Source of the DNA: Chloroflexota bacterium
GTDB taxonomy: Bacteria > Chloroflexota > Dormibacteria > CF-121
Direction: 5' to 3'
NCBI GenBank assembly: GCA_005881715.1
Contig: VBEE01000035.1
Location: 12,260 to 76,259 of the forward strand
Length of the DNA stretch: 64,000 nucleotides
The translations under genes were made by a program, and so were the position numbers. The notes below the pieces were generated by a model. It was given only the letters and a program-made list of their open reading frames with translations, did not search any database and was not told where the DNA came from. Of the stretch, positions 9,215 to 17,868 are shown piece after piece; position 1 is the first letter of the stretch; every line of letters starts with the position of its first letter.

Positions 9215-10341
9215 TCCGGATCGAGCGCCGCCTGACCGAGGCCCGCTGGTTGCTGGTGGCGGTTCCGGTGGGGTCACTGATCGGCGCGGTGATCCTGTCC
9301 AGCGTCATCCTGCTTGCGACCGGGCATGATCCGCTGGGCACCTGGCAGCGGCTCCTGGACCGCGGTTTCCTGTCGGAAGGCGCCCTGAGCGCCACCCTGG
9401 TGCAAGCGACTCCGCTATTACTGACGGGCCTCGCCGCCGCCGCCGCCTTCCGCATGCAGACCTGGAACATCGGCGCCGAGGGACAGCTCTACCTGGGCGC
9501 GGTCGGCGCGTCCGGAGCCGGAATTGCCCTGGGAAGTCAGCCGGCCGCCCTCGTCATCCCGGCGATGGTGCTGGCCGGGCTGGTGACCGGCGCCGCATGG
9601 GCCGCGATCCCAGGCGTACTCCGGGCGGTGTTCCGCACCAACGAGATCATCACGTCGCTCATGCTCAACTACGTCGCGGGTTTGCTGATCACCTACTTGA
9701 TCTTTGATAGCCAGTCCTACTGGCGCGAATTGTCAACCTTCACGTCGAGGGTTTTCCCGCAGGGCAAGTACCTCTCGGCAGCAGCCGGCTGGCCAAGCGT
9801 TCAGATCGCGGGTATCGCCATCCCGTTCGGCTTCCTCCTGGGGATGGTTGCGGCAGCAAGTCTCTGGCTGCTCTATCGGTCCACCCGCTTTGGCTTCGAG
9901 GCGCGCGTGATCGGCGACTCACGCGCGGCGGCGCATTACGCGGGCATCCGGACCCGGCGAAAGATCGTCGCGGTCATGGCGCTGTCCGGCGCGTTCGCCG
10001 GGCTCGGCGGCGCCGCCGAGATCGGCGATTTTCGTCACGTCCTCGATCCGCGCGGCCTGCAGCAGGCGAGCTTTGGCTACGCTGGGATCGTCGTCGCAGC
10101 CCTGGCCCGGCTCAACCCGTTTGCGGTGATTCTCGTCGCCGTCTTACTTGGCGGGCTTTCGAACGGCGGCTTCTCGCTTCAGGGGGCGGATTTCCCGGCG
10201 GGCCTGGTTGGCACCCTCCAGGGACTCATCCTCTTTTGTGCCCTGGCCGGCGAGTTGCTGGTGCGCTACCGCGTCCGCGTCCAGCGCCCGCGACGCTCAC
10301 CTGTCCACCCGGCCGATGTCGCGACCGTGCGCCCGGCGTGA
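9211..10341 (+). CDS. ABC transporter permease (BMP/nucleoside uptake family)
   Basis: Polytopic membrane protein. Its GTG start overlaps the ATPase stop (GTGA), which fits the operon context. Confidence 0.85.
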   Translation: MIRIERRLTEARWLLVAVPVGSLIGAVILSSVILLATGHDPLGTWQRLLDRGFLSEGALSATLVQATPLLLTGLAAAAAFRMQTWNIGAEGQLYLGAVGASGAGIALGSQPAALVIPAMVLAGLVTGAAWAAIPGVLRAVFRTNEIITSLMLNYVAGLLITYLIFDSQSYWRELSTFTSRVFPQGKYLSAAAGWPSVQIAGIAIPFGFLLGMVAAASLWLLYRSTRFGFEARVIGDSRAAAHYAGIRTRRKIVAVMALSGAFAGLGGAAEIGDFRHVLDPRGLQQASFGYAGIVVAALARLNPFAVILVAVLLGGLSNGGFSLQGADFPAGLVGTLQGLILFCALAGELLVRYRVRVQRPRRSPVHPADVATVRPA

Positions 10342-11297
10342 ACAACAGCCTCGTCGTCGTGACTGCTGCATCTGCCATCTTCTACGGGACTCCCTTGCTC
10401 TTTGCCTCGCTCGGCGAACTGCTGGCGGAACGCTCCGGCGTGCTCAACCTCGGCGTCGAGGGCATGATGCTGGTCGGCGCCGTCAGCGGCTTTTGGGCCG
10501 TGCAAACGGTCGGTGGGCCGGGCTGGCTCAGCTTGCTCACCGCGGTGGCGGTGGCGGCGCTGGCCGCGGCGGCGACCTCGTTGATCCACGCGTTTCTCAC
10601 CGTCACCCTCCGCGCCAGCCAGATCGTGTCTGGGCTGGCACTCACGATCTTCGCTGGGGCAACCGGCCTCTCGTCCTACCTCGGCCACGTCGCGAATCTC
10701 GGAGGGAAGCCGGCCCACCATGAGTTCGACGCCATCGACGTGTTCGGGTTGAAGGATGCCCCCGTGATCGGCCCGATCCTCTTCCACCAGAATGCGCTGA
10801 CCTACGGGTCCTGGGTGCTGGTCGGACTGGCGCTGTTGTATCTCTACCGAACCCGGCCCGGCCTTCACCTGCGGGCGGTCGGGGAATCGCCGGCGACCGC
10901 CGATGCCATGGGCGTCAACGTGACGACGTATCGCTACGTTCACACCATGCTTGGTGGCGCCCTGGCGGGCGTGGGAGGTGCCTTCTTCAGCCTGGCGATC
11001 ACCCCATTCTGGCTCGATGGCATGACTTCGGGCGCCGGCTGGATCGCGATCGCGCTGGTGATCTTCGCCTTCTGGCGACCAGAACTGGCGCTGGTCGGCG
11101 CCTACTTGTTCGGGGCCTTCAGTAGCCTGGCCTTCACGCTGCAGGCGCGCCAGGTGCACCTACCGCCGGAAGTCTTTTCGTCACTGCCCTACTTGATGAC
11201 CATCGTCGTGCTCGTGCTGGTCTCAACCGGCTGGGGGCGACGGCGCCTCGGCGCCCCTGCCGCGCTGGGCGTCCCTTACATTCGCGAAGAGCGTTGA
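10338..11297 (+). CDS. ABC transporter permease (second subunit)
   Basis: Hydrophobic multi-TM translation 'VNNSLVVVTAASAIFYGTPLLFASLGELLAERSGVLNLGVEGMM'. The GTG start overlaps the upstream stop. The track ORF start at 10236 lies inside the previous gene. Confidence 0.85.
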   Translation: MNNSLVVVTAASAIFYGTPLLFASLGELLAERSGVLNLGVEGMMLVGAVSGFWAVQTVGGPGWLSLLTAVAVAALAAAATSLIHAFLTVTLRASQIVSGLALTIFAGATGLSSYLGHVANLGGKPAHHEFDAIDVFGLKDAPVIGPILFHQNALTYGSWVLVGLALLYLYRTRPGLHLRAVGESPATADAMGVNVTTYRYVHTMLGGALAGVGGAFFSLAITPFWLDGMTSGAGWIAIALVIFAFWRPELALVGAYLFGAFSSLAFTLQARQVHLPPEVFSSLPYLMTIVVLVLVSTGWGRRRLGAPAALGVPYIREER

Positions 11298-11309
11298 GCC
11301 ATAAGCGGT

Positions 11310-11951
11310 TTAGGGCTCGTTCTCCGAGCGACTGAGCGCGTCCGAGACCTTCGGTCGAGTCAGTAACGGGATGGCTTCGCGGATGTATTCGGCGCCGGAG
11401 CCAACCGTCCAGACCACCGCGATCAGGAGCGCCCAGACCGGCAAGGTAAAGGGCCCCAACGGGCTCAGCAGCTCATGGCCCGGCATCGACTGACCGGCCA
11501 GCCAACCGCCCTGGCGCGCGTCGCCCTCCAGCAAAACCAGCAGCAGGGCGACGATCGTGATCACGGTCTTGGCCTTGCCCCAGCCACCCGCCGGGATGAC
11601 GACGCCAAGCGCGGCGGCGTAGCTGCGGAGACCGGTCACCAGGAACTCGCGCGCAATGATGAGGGCAGTCATCCAGCCCGGCGCGAGGCGCGCGACGGCG
11701 AGAGCGACCAGCAGGACAGCCACGAGCACCTTGTCGGACGTCGTATCGAGATAGATTCCCAGCGGCGAGACGAGATGGCGGCGCCGCGCGATCTCCCCGT
11801 CGAGCGTATCGGTGATCGAGGCGGCGACAAAGAGAAGCGCCGCAATCAAGAACCCATAGCGGCTACCGGAAACGACCAGCGCATAGATCACCGGCGCGAC
11901 CAGGATCCGGGAGAAACTCAGCAGATTGGGCGCCGCGAGCAGCGATGGCAC
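11310..11951 (-). CDS. pgsA: CDP-alcohol phosphatidyltransferase (phosphatidylglycerophosphate synthase-like)
   Basis: 'DTLDGEIARRRHLVSPLGIYLDTTSDK' matches the CDP-alcohol phosphatidyltransferase D-G-x2-A-R...G-x3-D-x3-D motif. The protein is polytopic. Confidence 0.8.
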   Translation of the reverse strand: MPSLLAAPNLLSFSRILVAPVIYALVVSGSRYGFLIAALLFVAASITDTLDGEIARRRHLVSPLGIYLDTTSDKVLVAVLLVALAVARLAPGWMTALIIAREFLVTGLRSYAAALGVVIPAGGWGKAKTVITIVALLLVLLEGDARQGGWLAGQSMPGHELLSPLGPFTLPVWALLIAVVWTVGSGAEYIREAIPLLTRPKVSDALSRSENEP

Positions 11952-11957
11952 GACGCG

Positions 11958-12653
11958 TCAGCCCCGCCGGACCGCGACGTGAAGCACCACGATGCCGAAC
12001 GTCAATGGCTCGACAGTGACGGCGAAACCGAGGCGTTCCAGTGCTGCCGCCAGCTCGGACGGCTGCGGAAATCCCTGCACGGTTTCGGCCAGGTAACGGT
12101 AAGCATGCCGCTCGCCTGCGCTGAGCCGGCCGGCGATGGCGGGCATCACGCGCGTGAGATAGAAACGATAGGCGCGCATCAGGGGGCCGGACGGTGGCGG
12201 GGCGAACTCGAGGATGACGAGGCGCCCGCCCGGCCGTAGCACCCGACGCATCTCGCGTAGCGCCTGCTCCCGATCAACCAGGTTGCGGAGACCGAAACCG
12301 ATCGTGATGGCGTCGACGCTGGCGTCCGGTTCGCTCAGCCGGCTGACGTCCCCCAGTCGGAATTCGACCTCCGGTTCGAGTTTGCGGGCCCGCTCCAGCA
12401 TTGGCTGCGAGAAGTCAATGCCGATCACGCGGCCACCCGGCCGGGTAGAGGAAAGCAGTTCGTGAGCGAGTTTGCCGGTGCCGGTGCAGAGGTCCAGGAC
12501 GGTCTGGCCAGGGTGCAGGTTGGCCCGTTCTGCGGCCCGGCGCCGCCAGGCATGGTCGCGGGCGACGCTGAAGAGACGATTCCGGGCGTCGTAGCCGGGT
12601 GCGATCGCGTCGAACATCTGCCGGATCTGATCGGACCGCGCTTCCTGCCCCAC
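11958..12653 (-). CDS. ubiE: Demethylmenaquinone/ubiquinone C-methyltransferase (UbiE/MenG family)
   Basis: 'QMFDAIAPGYDARNRLFS' is the UbiE/MenG N-motif, followed by SAM-binding motifs 'VLDLCTGTGKLA' and 'LRPGGRLVILEF'. Start chosen at an internal GTG ('VGQEARSDQIRQMFD') so that it does not overlap the divergent neighbour. Confidence 0.8.
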   Translation of the reverse strand: MGQEARSDQIRQMFDAIAPGYDARNRLFSVARDHAWRRRAAERANLHPGQTVLDLCTGTGKLAHELLSSTRPGGRVIGIDFSQPMLERARKLEPEVEFRLGDVSRLSEPDASVDAITIGFGLRNLVDREQALREMRRVLRPGGRLVILEFAPPPSGPLMRAYRFYLTRVMPAIAGRLSAGERHAYRYLAETVQGFPQPSELAAALERLGFAVTVEPLTFGIVVLHVAVRRG

Positions 12654-12736
12654 GCTACGAATTATCTTCGTCGCCCGGGTCTTCAGGTGGGCCCCCGATT
12701 GCGGCGTCGCGGTGGCAGGAGTACGGTGATACCGGC

Positions 12737-14734
12737 ATGACCGACCTGGCACGCCCGGTGGGGCTGGGACTGGCCGCCCGCGGTGACGTCAAGGATGTCG
12801 CAGATTGGGCCCGGCGCGCGGAAGACCTTGGCCTGGACTCCGTCTGGGTGCATGACAGCTACTTCGAGCGCGACCCGATCACGTACCTGACGGCGATCGG
12901 CCAGGTCACACGGCACATCGGCCTGGGCGCGGGCGCGCTGAATCCCTACACCCGGCACCCCGTGGTGCTGGCGATGACGATGTCCGCGCTCGATGATCTG
13001 GCGCCCCGTCGCTGCACGCTGGCCATTGGTAGCGGACTACCGCTCCGGCTCTCCCAGATGGCGATTCCCTACGACGACACCGTCGCGCGCGTCTCCGAGT
13101 CGATCGATCAGATACGGACCCTGTGGCGCGGTGAGCCCCTGAAGCTCAATGACAAAGTGCCCCCGTTGCAACCGATGTTCCAGCCTCCGCATCGGATTCC
13201 CATCTACATCGCGGCCTATCGGACGGCATTTCTCGACCTGTGCGCGCAGAAAGCCGACGGCTACCTCGGCCGGCCCGCGGAATCGCTGCCGGCCTACGCG
13301 AAGATGCGAGCTCACATCCTCGAGCGCGCCGCCGTCTCGGGGCGCTCGTCCGGCGATATCGAATTCCGCGGCTATCTGCTGTGCCTGTTCGACGACAGCC
13401 GGCGCGAGGCCCTCAACCGAGCCAAACGCGAGCCCTTCGTGATCTACATGATCTCCGTCTTGAGCGACATCTCGCTGAAGCGCGCCGGCTTCGACCCGCA
13501 GCTCCGCACCCAGATCGCCGCCGCCTGGCGGGCCGAGGATTATCACCGGGCCGGCGAGCTCATCCCCGATGAGCTGCTCGATGCCTTCATTCTCTGCGGC
13601 ACGGTAGACGAGGTCGCGGCTCGCGCCAACGCCTATCACGAGGAGGCGGGCATGGACGTGCCGCTCTTGCAGCCGATCCTTCAGGAGGAGGCACAGGTCA
13701 GCGCCGTGCTCGACGCCGCGGTTCGCTACGGCACCCGCGTGACAGCCCCCACCCTGCCCTCCCCCGCAAGCGGGGGAGGGAAAATGGCCCCCACCCTGCA
13801 CTCCCCCGCAGGCGGGGGCGGGAAAAACATGCTCGGACGGCGTCTGGCCGGGGCCTGGGAGGTGGTCCGACCGTTTAGCTTCACCGCATCGCTGCTGCCG
13901 GTCTCGGTTGGCGGCGCCATCGCGCTTGGCCAGGGACGCATGCACTGGCCGCTGTTTGTGGCCGCGCTCCTGGGCGCCCTCGGCCTGCATATCGGCACCA
14001 ACGTGACCAACGAGATCTACGACGTGCGTCACGGCATCGACTCGATTACGTCGCCGCGAATGTCGATGGCCATCCTCAAGGGCCGGATCAGCGAACGTGG
14101 CGCCTTCATCGTCGCCTGGTCGGGCTTCATCCTGGCCTTGCTCATGGGCATCTTTCTGACGCTGCATCGCGGCTGGCCGATCGTCCTTCTCGGCCTGATC
14201 GGCTTTATCGGCGGCTATTTCTATACGGCGCCGCCCTTCCAGTACAAGTACCGGGCCCTGGGGTTGCCGTTGGTTTTTCTGCTGATGGGTCCGCTAATGG
14301 TGGTCGGCGCGTACTACGCCGTCACCGGCACCTTTGATGCCAGTCTGCTCGTCGTCTCGCTTCCGGTCGGCCTCCTGGTGACGGCGATCCTGCATGGCAA
14401 CGAGTGGCGGGATGTCGCCGAGGACACGCGACACGGCTTTACGACGTTTTCAGCTCAGGTCGGCCGGGACGCCGCGCACTGGGTCTACGTCATGCTGGTG
14501 CTGGGCGCCTATGTCGCGGTCGGGCTGGCGGTGATGGTCGGCGCATTGCCCAAACTCGCGCTCCTGACCCTGTTGAGCCTGCCACTGCTGGCCTGGATCC
14601 TGCGCGATGCCGAGCGCGGGGCCGAGGGTCATCTGCGGGCCATCGCGATGATCGACCTGATGACGGCCCGGTTGCACGGCGCCTTCGGCCTCTTGCTGCT
14701 CGTCGGCCTGGTGGCAGGGTCGGGTCTCCGCTGA
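12737..14734 (+). CDS. menA: In-frame fusion of an LLM-family (luciferase-like) flavin-dependent oxidoreductase (aa 1-~335) and MenA 1,4-dihydroxy-2-naphthoate polyprenyltransferase (from ATG 13829), joined by a repeat-encoded linker
   Basis: The N-terminal moiety 'MTDLARPVGLGLAARGDVKDVADWARRAEDLGLDSVWVHDSYFERDPITYL...' is LLM/bacterial-luciferase-like. The C-terminal moiety has the UbiA/MenA Asp-rich motif 'NVTNEIYDVRHGID', and 'MLGRRLAGAWEVVRPFSFTASLLP' is a typical MenA N-terminus. No stop codon separates the two parts. The linker 'PTLPSPASGGGKMAPTLHSPAGGGGKN' is encoded by two tandem GC-rich palindromic repeat units. MenA could also be translated separately from ATG 13829. Confidence 0.7.
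   Translation: MTDLARPVGLGLAARGDVKDVADWARRAEDLGLDSVWVHDSYFERDPITYLTAIGQVTRHIGLGAGALNPYTRHPVVLAMTMSALDDLAPRRCTLAIGSGLPLRLSQMAIPYDDTVARVSESIDQIRTLWRGEPLKLNDKVPPLQPMFQPPHRIPIYIAAYRTAFLDLCAQKADGYLGRPAESLPAYAKMRAHILERAAVSGRSSGDIEFRGYLLCLFDDSRREALNRAKREPFVIYMISVLSDISLKRAGFDPQLRTQIAAAWRAEDYHRAGELIPDELLDAFILCGTVDEVAARANAYHEEAGMDVPLLQPILQEEAQVSAVLDAAVRYGTRVTAPTLPSPASGGGKMAPTLHSPAGGGGKNMLGRRLAGAWEVVRPFSFTASLLPVSVGGAIALGQGRMHWPLFVAALLGALGLHIGTNVTNEIYDVRHGIDSITSPRMSMAILKGRISERGAFIVAWSGFILALLMGIFLTLHRGWPIVLLGLIGFIGGYFYTAPPFQYKYRALGLPLVFLLMGPLMVVGAYYAVTGTFDASLLVVSLPVGLLVTAILHGNEWRDVAEDTRHGFTTFSAQVGRDAAHWVYVMLVLGAYVAVGLAVMVGALPKLALLTLLSLPLLAWILRDAERGAEGHLRAIAMIDLMTARLHGAFGLLLLVGLVAGSGLR
13745..13831. repeat. 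Tandem pair of ~42-bp GC-rich palindromic repeat units (unit consensus gcccccaccctgccctcccccgcaagcgggggagggaaaa)
   Basis: Unit A (13745-13786) contains the perfect 24-nt palindrome 'ccctcccccgcaagcgggggaggg'. Unit B (13787-13831) is a diverged copy ('cactcccccgcaggcgggggcggg'). The same family occurs again at 23048-23135. The repeat is read through in frame by the LLM-MenA ORF. Confidence 0.7.
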
Positions 14735-14817
14735 AACGCGTCCTGGGCGGGCTCGCCCTGGCGGCGGCCGGCTGGGCGGCCGCCTTTCGCGGCCCCCGTT
14801 CCAGGTTCTGGCTCCGA

Positions 14818-15333
14818 ATGACGCTTGGCGTGGGCGGGCTCGGCGCTTATGCGTTGGTCAGCGAGCCGGCGCTGCGGCGCGTGCGATTGCGCGGGCGTGA
14901 CATCACGATGGGCTTCGGCTCGGCCGCTGCACTCTACGGAATCTTTCGTTTGGGCGATACGATGGCCCGCCGGATCATGCCGGCCGGCGCTCGCGAGATC
15001 GCCGCCATCTACGAGCTTCGAACGGCTGCTCCCCGACCCACCATCGCGGCGGCGCTGGCACTGGTGATCGGACCGGGCGAAGAGCTGTTCTGGCGCGGCC
15101 TGGTGCAGCAGAATTTGCAGCGCCGGTTCGGTCGCCTGCGCGGCATGCTGATCGCCTCGTCGTGCTACGGCGCCGTTCACCTGGTGTCTGAGAATCTGAC
15201 CCTGACAGGGGCCGCCGCCACGGCGGGCCTCTTCTGGGGTGCGCTCTACGCGCGCGAAGGCCGCCTGGCCCCGCTGATCATCAGCCACGTCACCTGGGAC
15301 ATCTGGATCTTTCTGGTAGCTCCGACCGGTTAG
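14818..15333 (+). CDS. CPBP-family intramembrane glutamic endopeptidase (CAAX protease-like)
   Basis: Contains 'GPGEELFWRGLV' (EExxxR motif), 'YGAVHL' and 'ISHVTWDI' conserved His motifs in a membrane protein. The start is uncertain: ATG at 14818 ('MTLGVGG'), or further upstream overlapping the menA end. Confidence 0.65.
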   Translation: MTLGVGGLGAYALVSEPALRRVRLRGRDITMGFGSAAALYGIFRLGDTMARRIMPAGAREIAAIYELRTAAPRPTIAAALALVIGPGEELFWRGLVQQNLQRRFGRLRGMLIASSCYGAVHLVSENLTLTGAAATAGLFWGALYAREGRLAPLIISHVTWDIWIFLVAPTG

Positions 15334-15343
15334 ATTAAGTCCC

Positions 15344-15868
15344 TTGAAGCTGGGCCGTGAGCTCGTCAGTGCCGACGCGATCCAGCGTCGCGTCCAGGAA
15401 CTGGCGGCCGACGTATCGCGAGACTACGCCGGCATCGACCGGCCGCTGATCCTGCTGCCGGTGCTCAAGGGCTCAGTCTGCTTTGCCACCGACCTCAGCC
15501 GGCACCTCACGGTGCCGGTGAACTTCGATTATGTCGCGGTCAGCAGCTATGGCACTGGAACGGAGTCATCGGGGCACGTGCAACTGCTGAAGGACCTGAC
15601 CATGGACGTCGCCGGGCGGGACGTCCTGATGGTCGAGGACATCATCGACACGGGCTTGACCACGTCGTTCCTGTTCGACCACGTGCAACGCCACCGGCCC
15701 GCATCGCTCAAGCTCTGCGTGTTGCTGAACAAGCAAGAGCGACGGATCACACCGGTGCCGATGGCCTACAAGGGTTTCGATATCCCCAATCAGTTTGTCG
15801 TCGGTTACGGACTCGATTTCGACGAGCTCTATCGAAACCTGAGCGCCGTGCACGTTCTCGAGCCTTAG
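15344..15868 (+). CDS. hpt: Hypoxanthine-guanine phosphoribosyltransferase
   Basis: PRPP-binding motif 'VLMVEDIIDTGLTTS'. Length (174 aa) and flanking motifs are typical of HGPRT. Confidence 0.9.
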   Translation: MKLGRELVSADAIQRRVQELAADVSRDYAGIDRPLILLPVLKGSVCFATDLSRHLTVPVNFDYVAVSSYGTGTESSGHVQLLKDLTMDVAGRDVLMVEDIIDTGLTTSFLFDHVQRHRPASLKLCVLLNKQERRITPVPMAYKGFDIPNQFVVGYGLDFDELYRNLSAVHVLEP

Positions 15869-15884
15869 TCTGCCGCTGCCCCGA

Positions 15885-16751
15885 TTACTGGTTCGCCCCG
15901 CCCTCGAGCGAGGCGAGCAGCTGCTTGACGACGTTGACCGGGATGGCGAATCCGACGCCGACATTACCCGCAACCGGGCTCTCGATCGAGTCGTTGACCC
16001 CGACGACCTGGCCCTGCGTATTGAGCAACGCACCTCCGGAGTTGCCGGGATTGATCGGCGCGTCGGTCTGGATGAGGCCGGTACGCCCCGACGATTGATC
16101 CGTCCGGTTGAGGCCGGAGACAATCCCGGCCGTCATCGATCCAGCAAGCCCGAAGGGTGCGCCGATCGCATAGACGGCGTCGCCGACCCGGACCGTGTCA
16201 GAATTTCCCAGTGGCAGCGGATGCAGGCTGGCAGCCGCCACTGACACCCGAAGCACTGCCAGGTCCGCCCTGGTATTGGCGTTCACAAGCGTCGCCGTCG
16301 CGCTCCGGCCATCATTGAAGGTCACCTGGATCTGGCTGGCGCCCGAAACGACGTGCGCATTCGTCAGGATGTCGCCGTTCTGATCGAGGACGATGCCCGA
16401 GCCAGTGCCCTCGCCCACCTGACCGCGGCGCGCCACCTCGGTGGTGATCGTGACGATGCCAGCGACCGCCTGCTTGTAGAGGGCGGCGGCGGAGATCGGT
16501 GTTTGCGCCGGGGCGGCGCTGGCTGACGATGTCGGGCTCGTCGCGGCAACCGGCGCCGGGGTCCGACCGAGGATCACCTCCGCGCCGAGCGCTCCGCCCG
16601 CCACGCCGCCGACGACCACCAGGGCCGCGGCCAATGCGACCGGCCCGCGGCGACGTCCACGACTGCCCGGAGACGGCGGAGCCGGCGGCGCCGGTGGCGC
16701 CGGCGGATCGTACGGAAAGGGCTCGGTGGCCACGAAGCCATCATCGCGCAC
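15885..16751 (-). CDS. Trypsin-like serine protease (S1C/HtrA-like catalytic domain, no PDZ), Pro-rich N-terminus and membrane anchor
   Basis: Catalytic triad context 'ILTNAHVV' (His), 'DLAVLRV' (Asp), 'GNSGGALLN' (Ser). It is a paralogue of the PDZ-containing HtrA at 61132. Confidence 0.8.
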   Translation of the reverse strand: MRDDGFVATEPFPYDPPAPPAPPAPPSPGSRGRRRGPVALAAALVVVGGVAGGALGAEVILGRTPAPVAATSPTSSASAAPAQTPISAAALYKQAVAGIVTITTEVARRGQVGEGTGSGIVLDQNGDILTNAHVVSGASQIQVTFNDGRSATATLVNANTRADLAVLRVSVAAASLHPLPLGNSDTVRVGDAVYAIGAPFGLAGSMTAGIVSGLNRTDQSSGRTGLIQTDAPINPGNSGGALLNTQGQVVGVNDSIESPVAGNVGVGFAIPVNVVKQLLASLEGGANQ

Positions 16752-16804
16752 GAAGTCTCACAGGCAGATGACGCAGAGCTAAGAAGGCGCTAAGACTTTC
16801 GCAG

Positions 16805-17230
16805 TCAGGACGCCTGCAAGGCGTTGGGGCGAGCGTCGGCCAGGAACGCCCCGCGGTGACGGAGCACCTCGCCGATTTTCTGGCTCAAGCCGCTGGGCAA
16901 CAGCCGCCCCTTGACCAGGTAAGCGGCGGCCTGCAGTCGCTCGGCCTCCCGGATGAGCTGCGGGTTGTCGTCCTCGCTGCAGATGACGACCAGGACGTCC
17001 CGGGTCTCCTCGTCGGCCCGCAGCGCGGCCAGGAGCTGCAGCCCGTCGAGCACTGGCACGTGAACATCCAGCAAGATGACATCCGGCTTGAGATCCCTGG
17101 CCAACTTCAGGCCGGTCATGCCGTTCGATGCCACCGCGACCCGGTACCCCTCAAGCTGCAACTTCAGCTGGTAAAGATCGGCAATATCCGGGTGGTCTTC
17201 GACCATCAGGACGCGGGGCTGGGTTGGCAT
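16805..17230 (-). CDS. Single-domain response regulator (CheY-like receiver)
   Basis: 'VLMVEDHPDIADL...DVILLDVHVPVLDGLQLL...YLVKG' is a receiver domain with the phospho-Asp pocket. There is no output domain. Confidence 0.8.
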   Translation of the reverse strand: MPTQPRVLMVEDHPDIADLYQLKLQLEGYRVAVASNGMTGLKLARDLKPDVILLDVHVPVLDGLQLLAALRADEETRDVLVVICSEDDNPQLIREAERLQAAAYLVKGRLLPSGLSQKIGEVLRHRGAFLADARPNALQAS

Positions 17231-17408
17231 ATTGTCCCTTAAGGGGCTTCAGCGTAATCCGGAACCGAATGGCGGTCAAGCCATCGTTGAAGGGGACAAA
17301 CCGACGGGGACCGCACTCATGTTTATGCGCACGGCATCAGGCATTTTCGCGCACGGTGTTGCGCTCACGTTGATGGCCGCCGGGCCGGGCGCCTACCCGA
17401 TGCCTAAA

Positions 17409-17801
17409 TTAGTGGCTGCAGCCGCGGGCGGTGCTGGCGTCACTGCCGGTGTCGAACGAGCTACCGCATGAACAGCTCGACACCGCATTCGGATTGTGCA
17501 CGGTGAAACCGCCACCCATCAGGCTGTCCACGAAGTCAATCTCGGCGCCCTTGATATAGCGGGCGCTGACCGAGTCAACGAAGAGGCGCACGCCGCCGAC
17601 CTCGCTGATGGCATCGCCCTCCTCCGGCTGGTCCTCGAAGCCCATGCCATACGACATGCCCGAGCAACCGCCCGGTTGGACGAAGACGCGCAAGCCCATC
17701 TCTGGGCGGCCCTGCTTCTGGAGCAGGTCGCGTAACTGGGTCAGCGCGGAGTCGGAGATGCTGATCAGCTGGGTGTCCTGTTCGATCATTTCCTGAGCCA
17801 T
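17409..17801 (-). CDS. A-type Fe-S cluster carrier (HesB/IscA/SufA/ErpA family) with a C-terminal extension
   Basis: 'LRVFVQPGGCSGMSYGMGF' and C-terminal 'CSCGSSF' are the three conserved Cys of A-type carriers. There are about 13 extra C-terminal residues containing an additional Cys and His. Start at 'MAQEMIEQD'. Confidence 0.85.
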   Translation of the reverse strand: MAQEMIEQDTQLISISDSALTQLRDLLQKQGRPEMGLRVFVQPGGCSGMSYGMGFEDQPEEGDAISEVGGVRLFVDSVSARYIKGAEIDFVDSLMGGGFTVHNPNAVSSCSCGSSFDTGSDASTARGCSH

Positions 17802-17868
17802 GTGACACTCATTATACGGCGGGTCGCCGCCCCGTCCGGGGTTTTCGAGTTGTAACGGGCCGGTGACG

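Noticed and set aside
13745-13831. Possible CRISPR array
   Set aside because: Only two repeat units, directly abutting with no spacers. The units are palindromic GC-rich elements inside a coding frame. No cas genes are in the window.
17232-17471. 79-aa plus-strand ORF between the response regulator and iscA
   Set aside because: Overlaps the iscA 3' end on the other strand. No RBS. Gly/Ala-rich.
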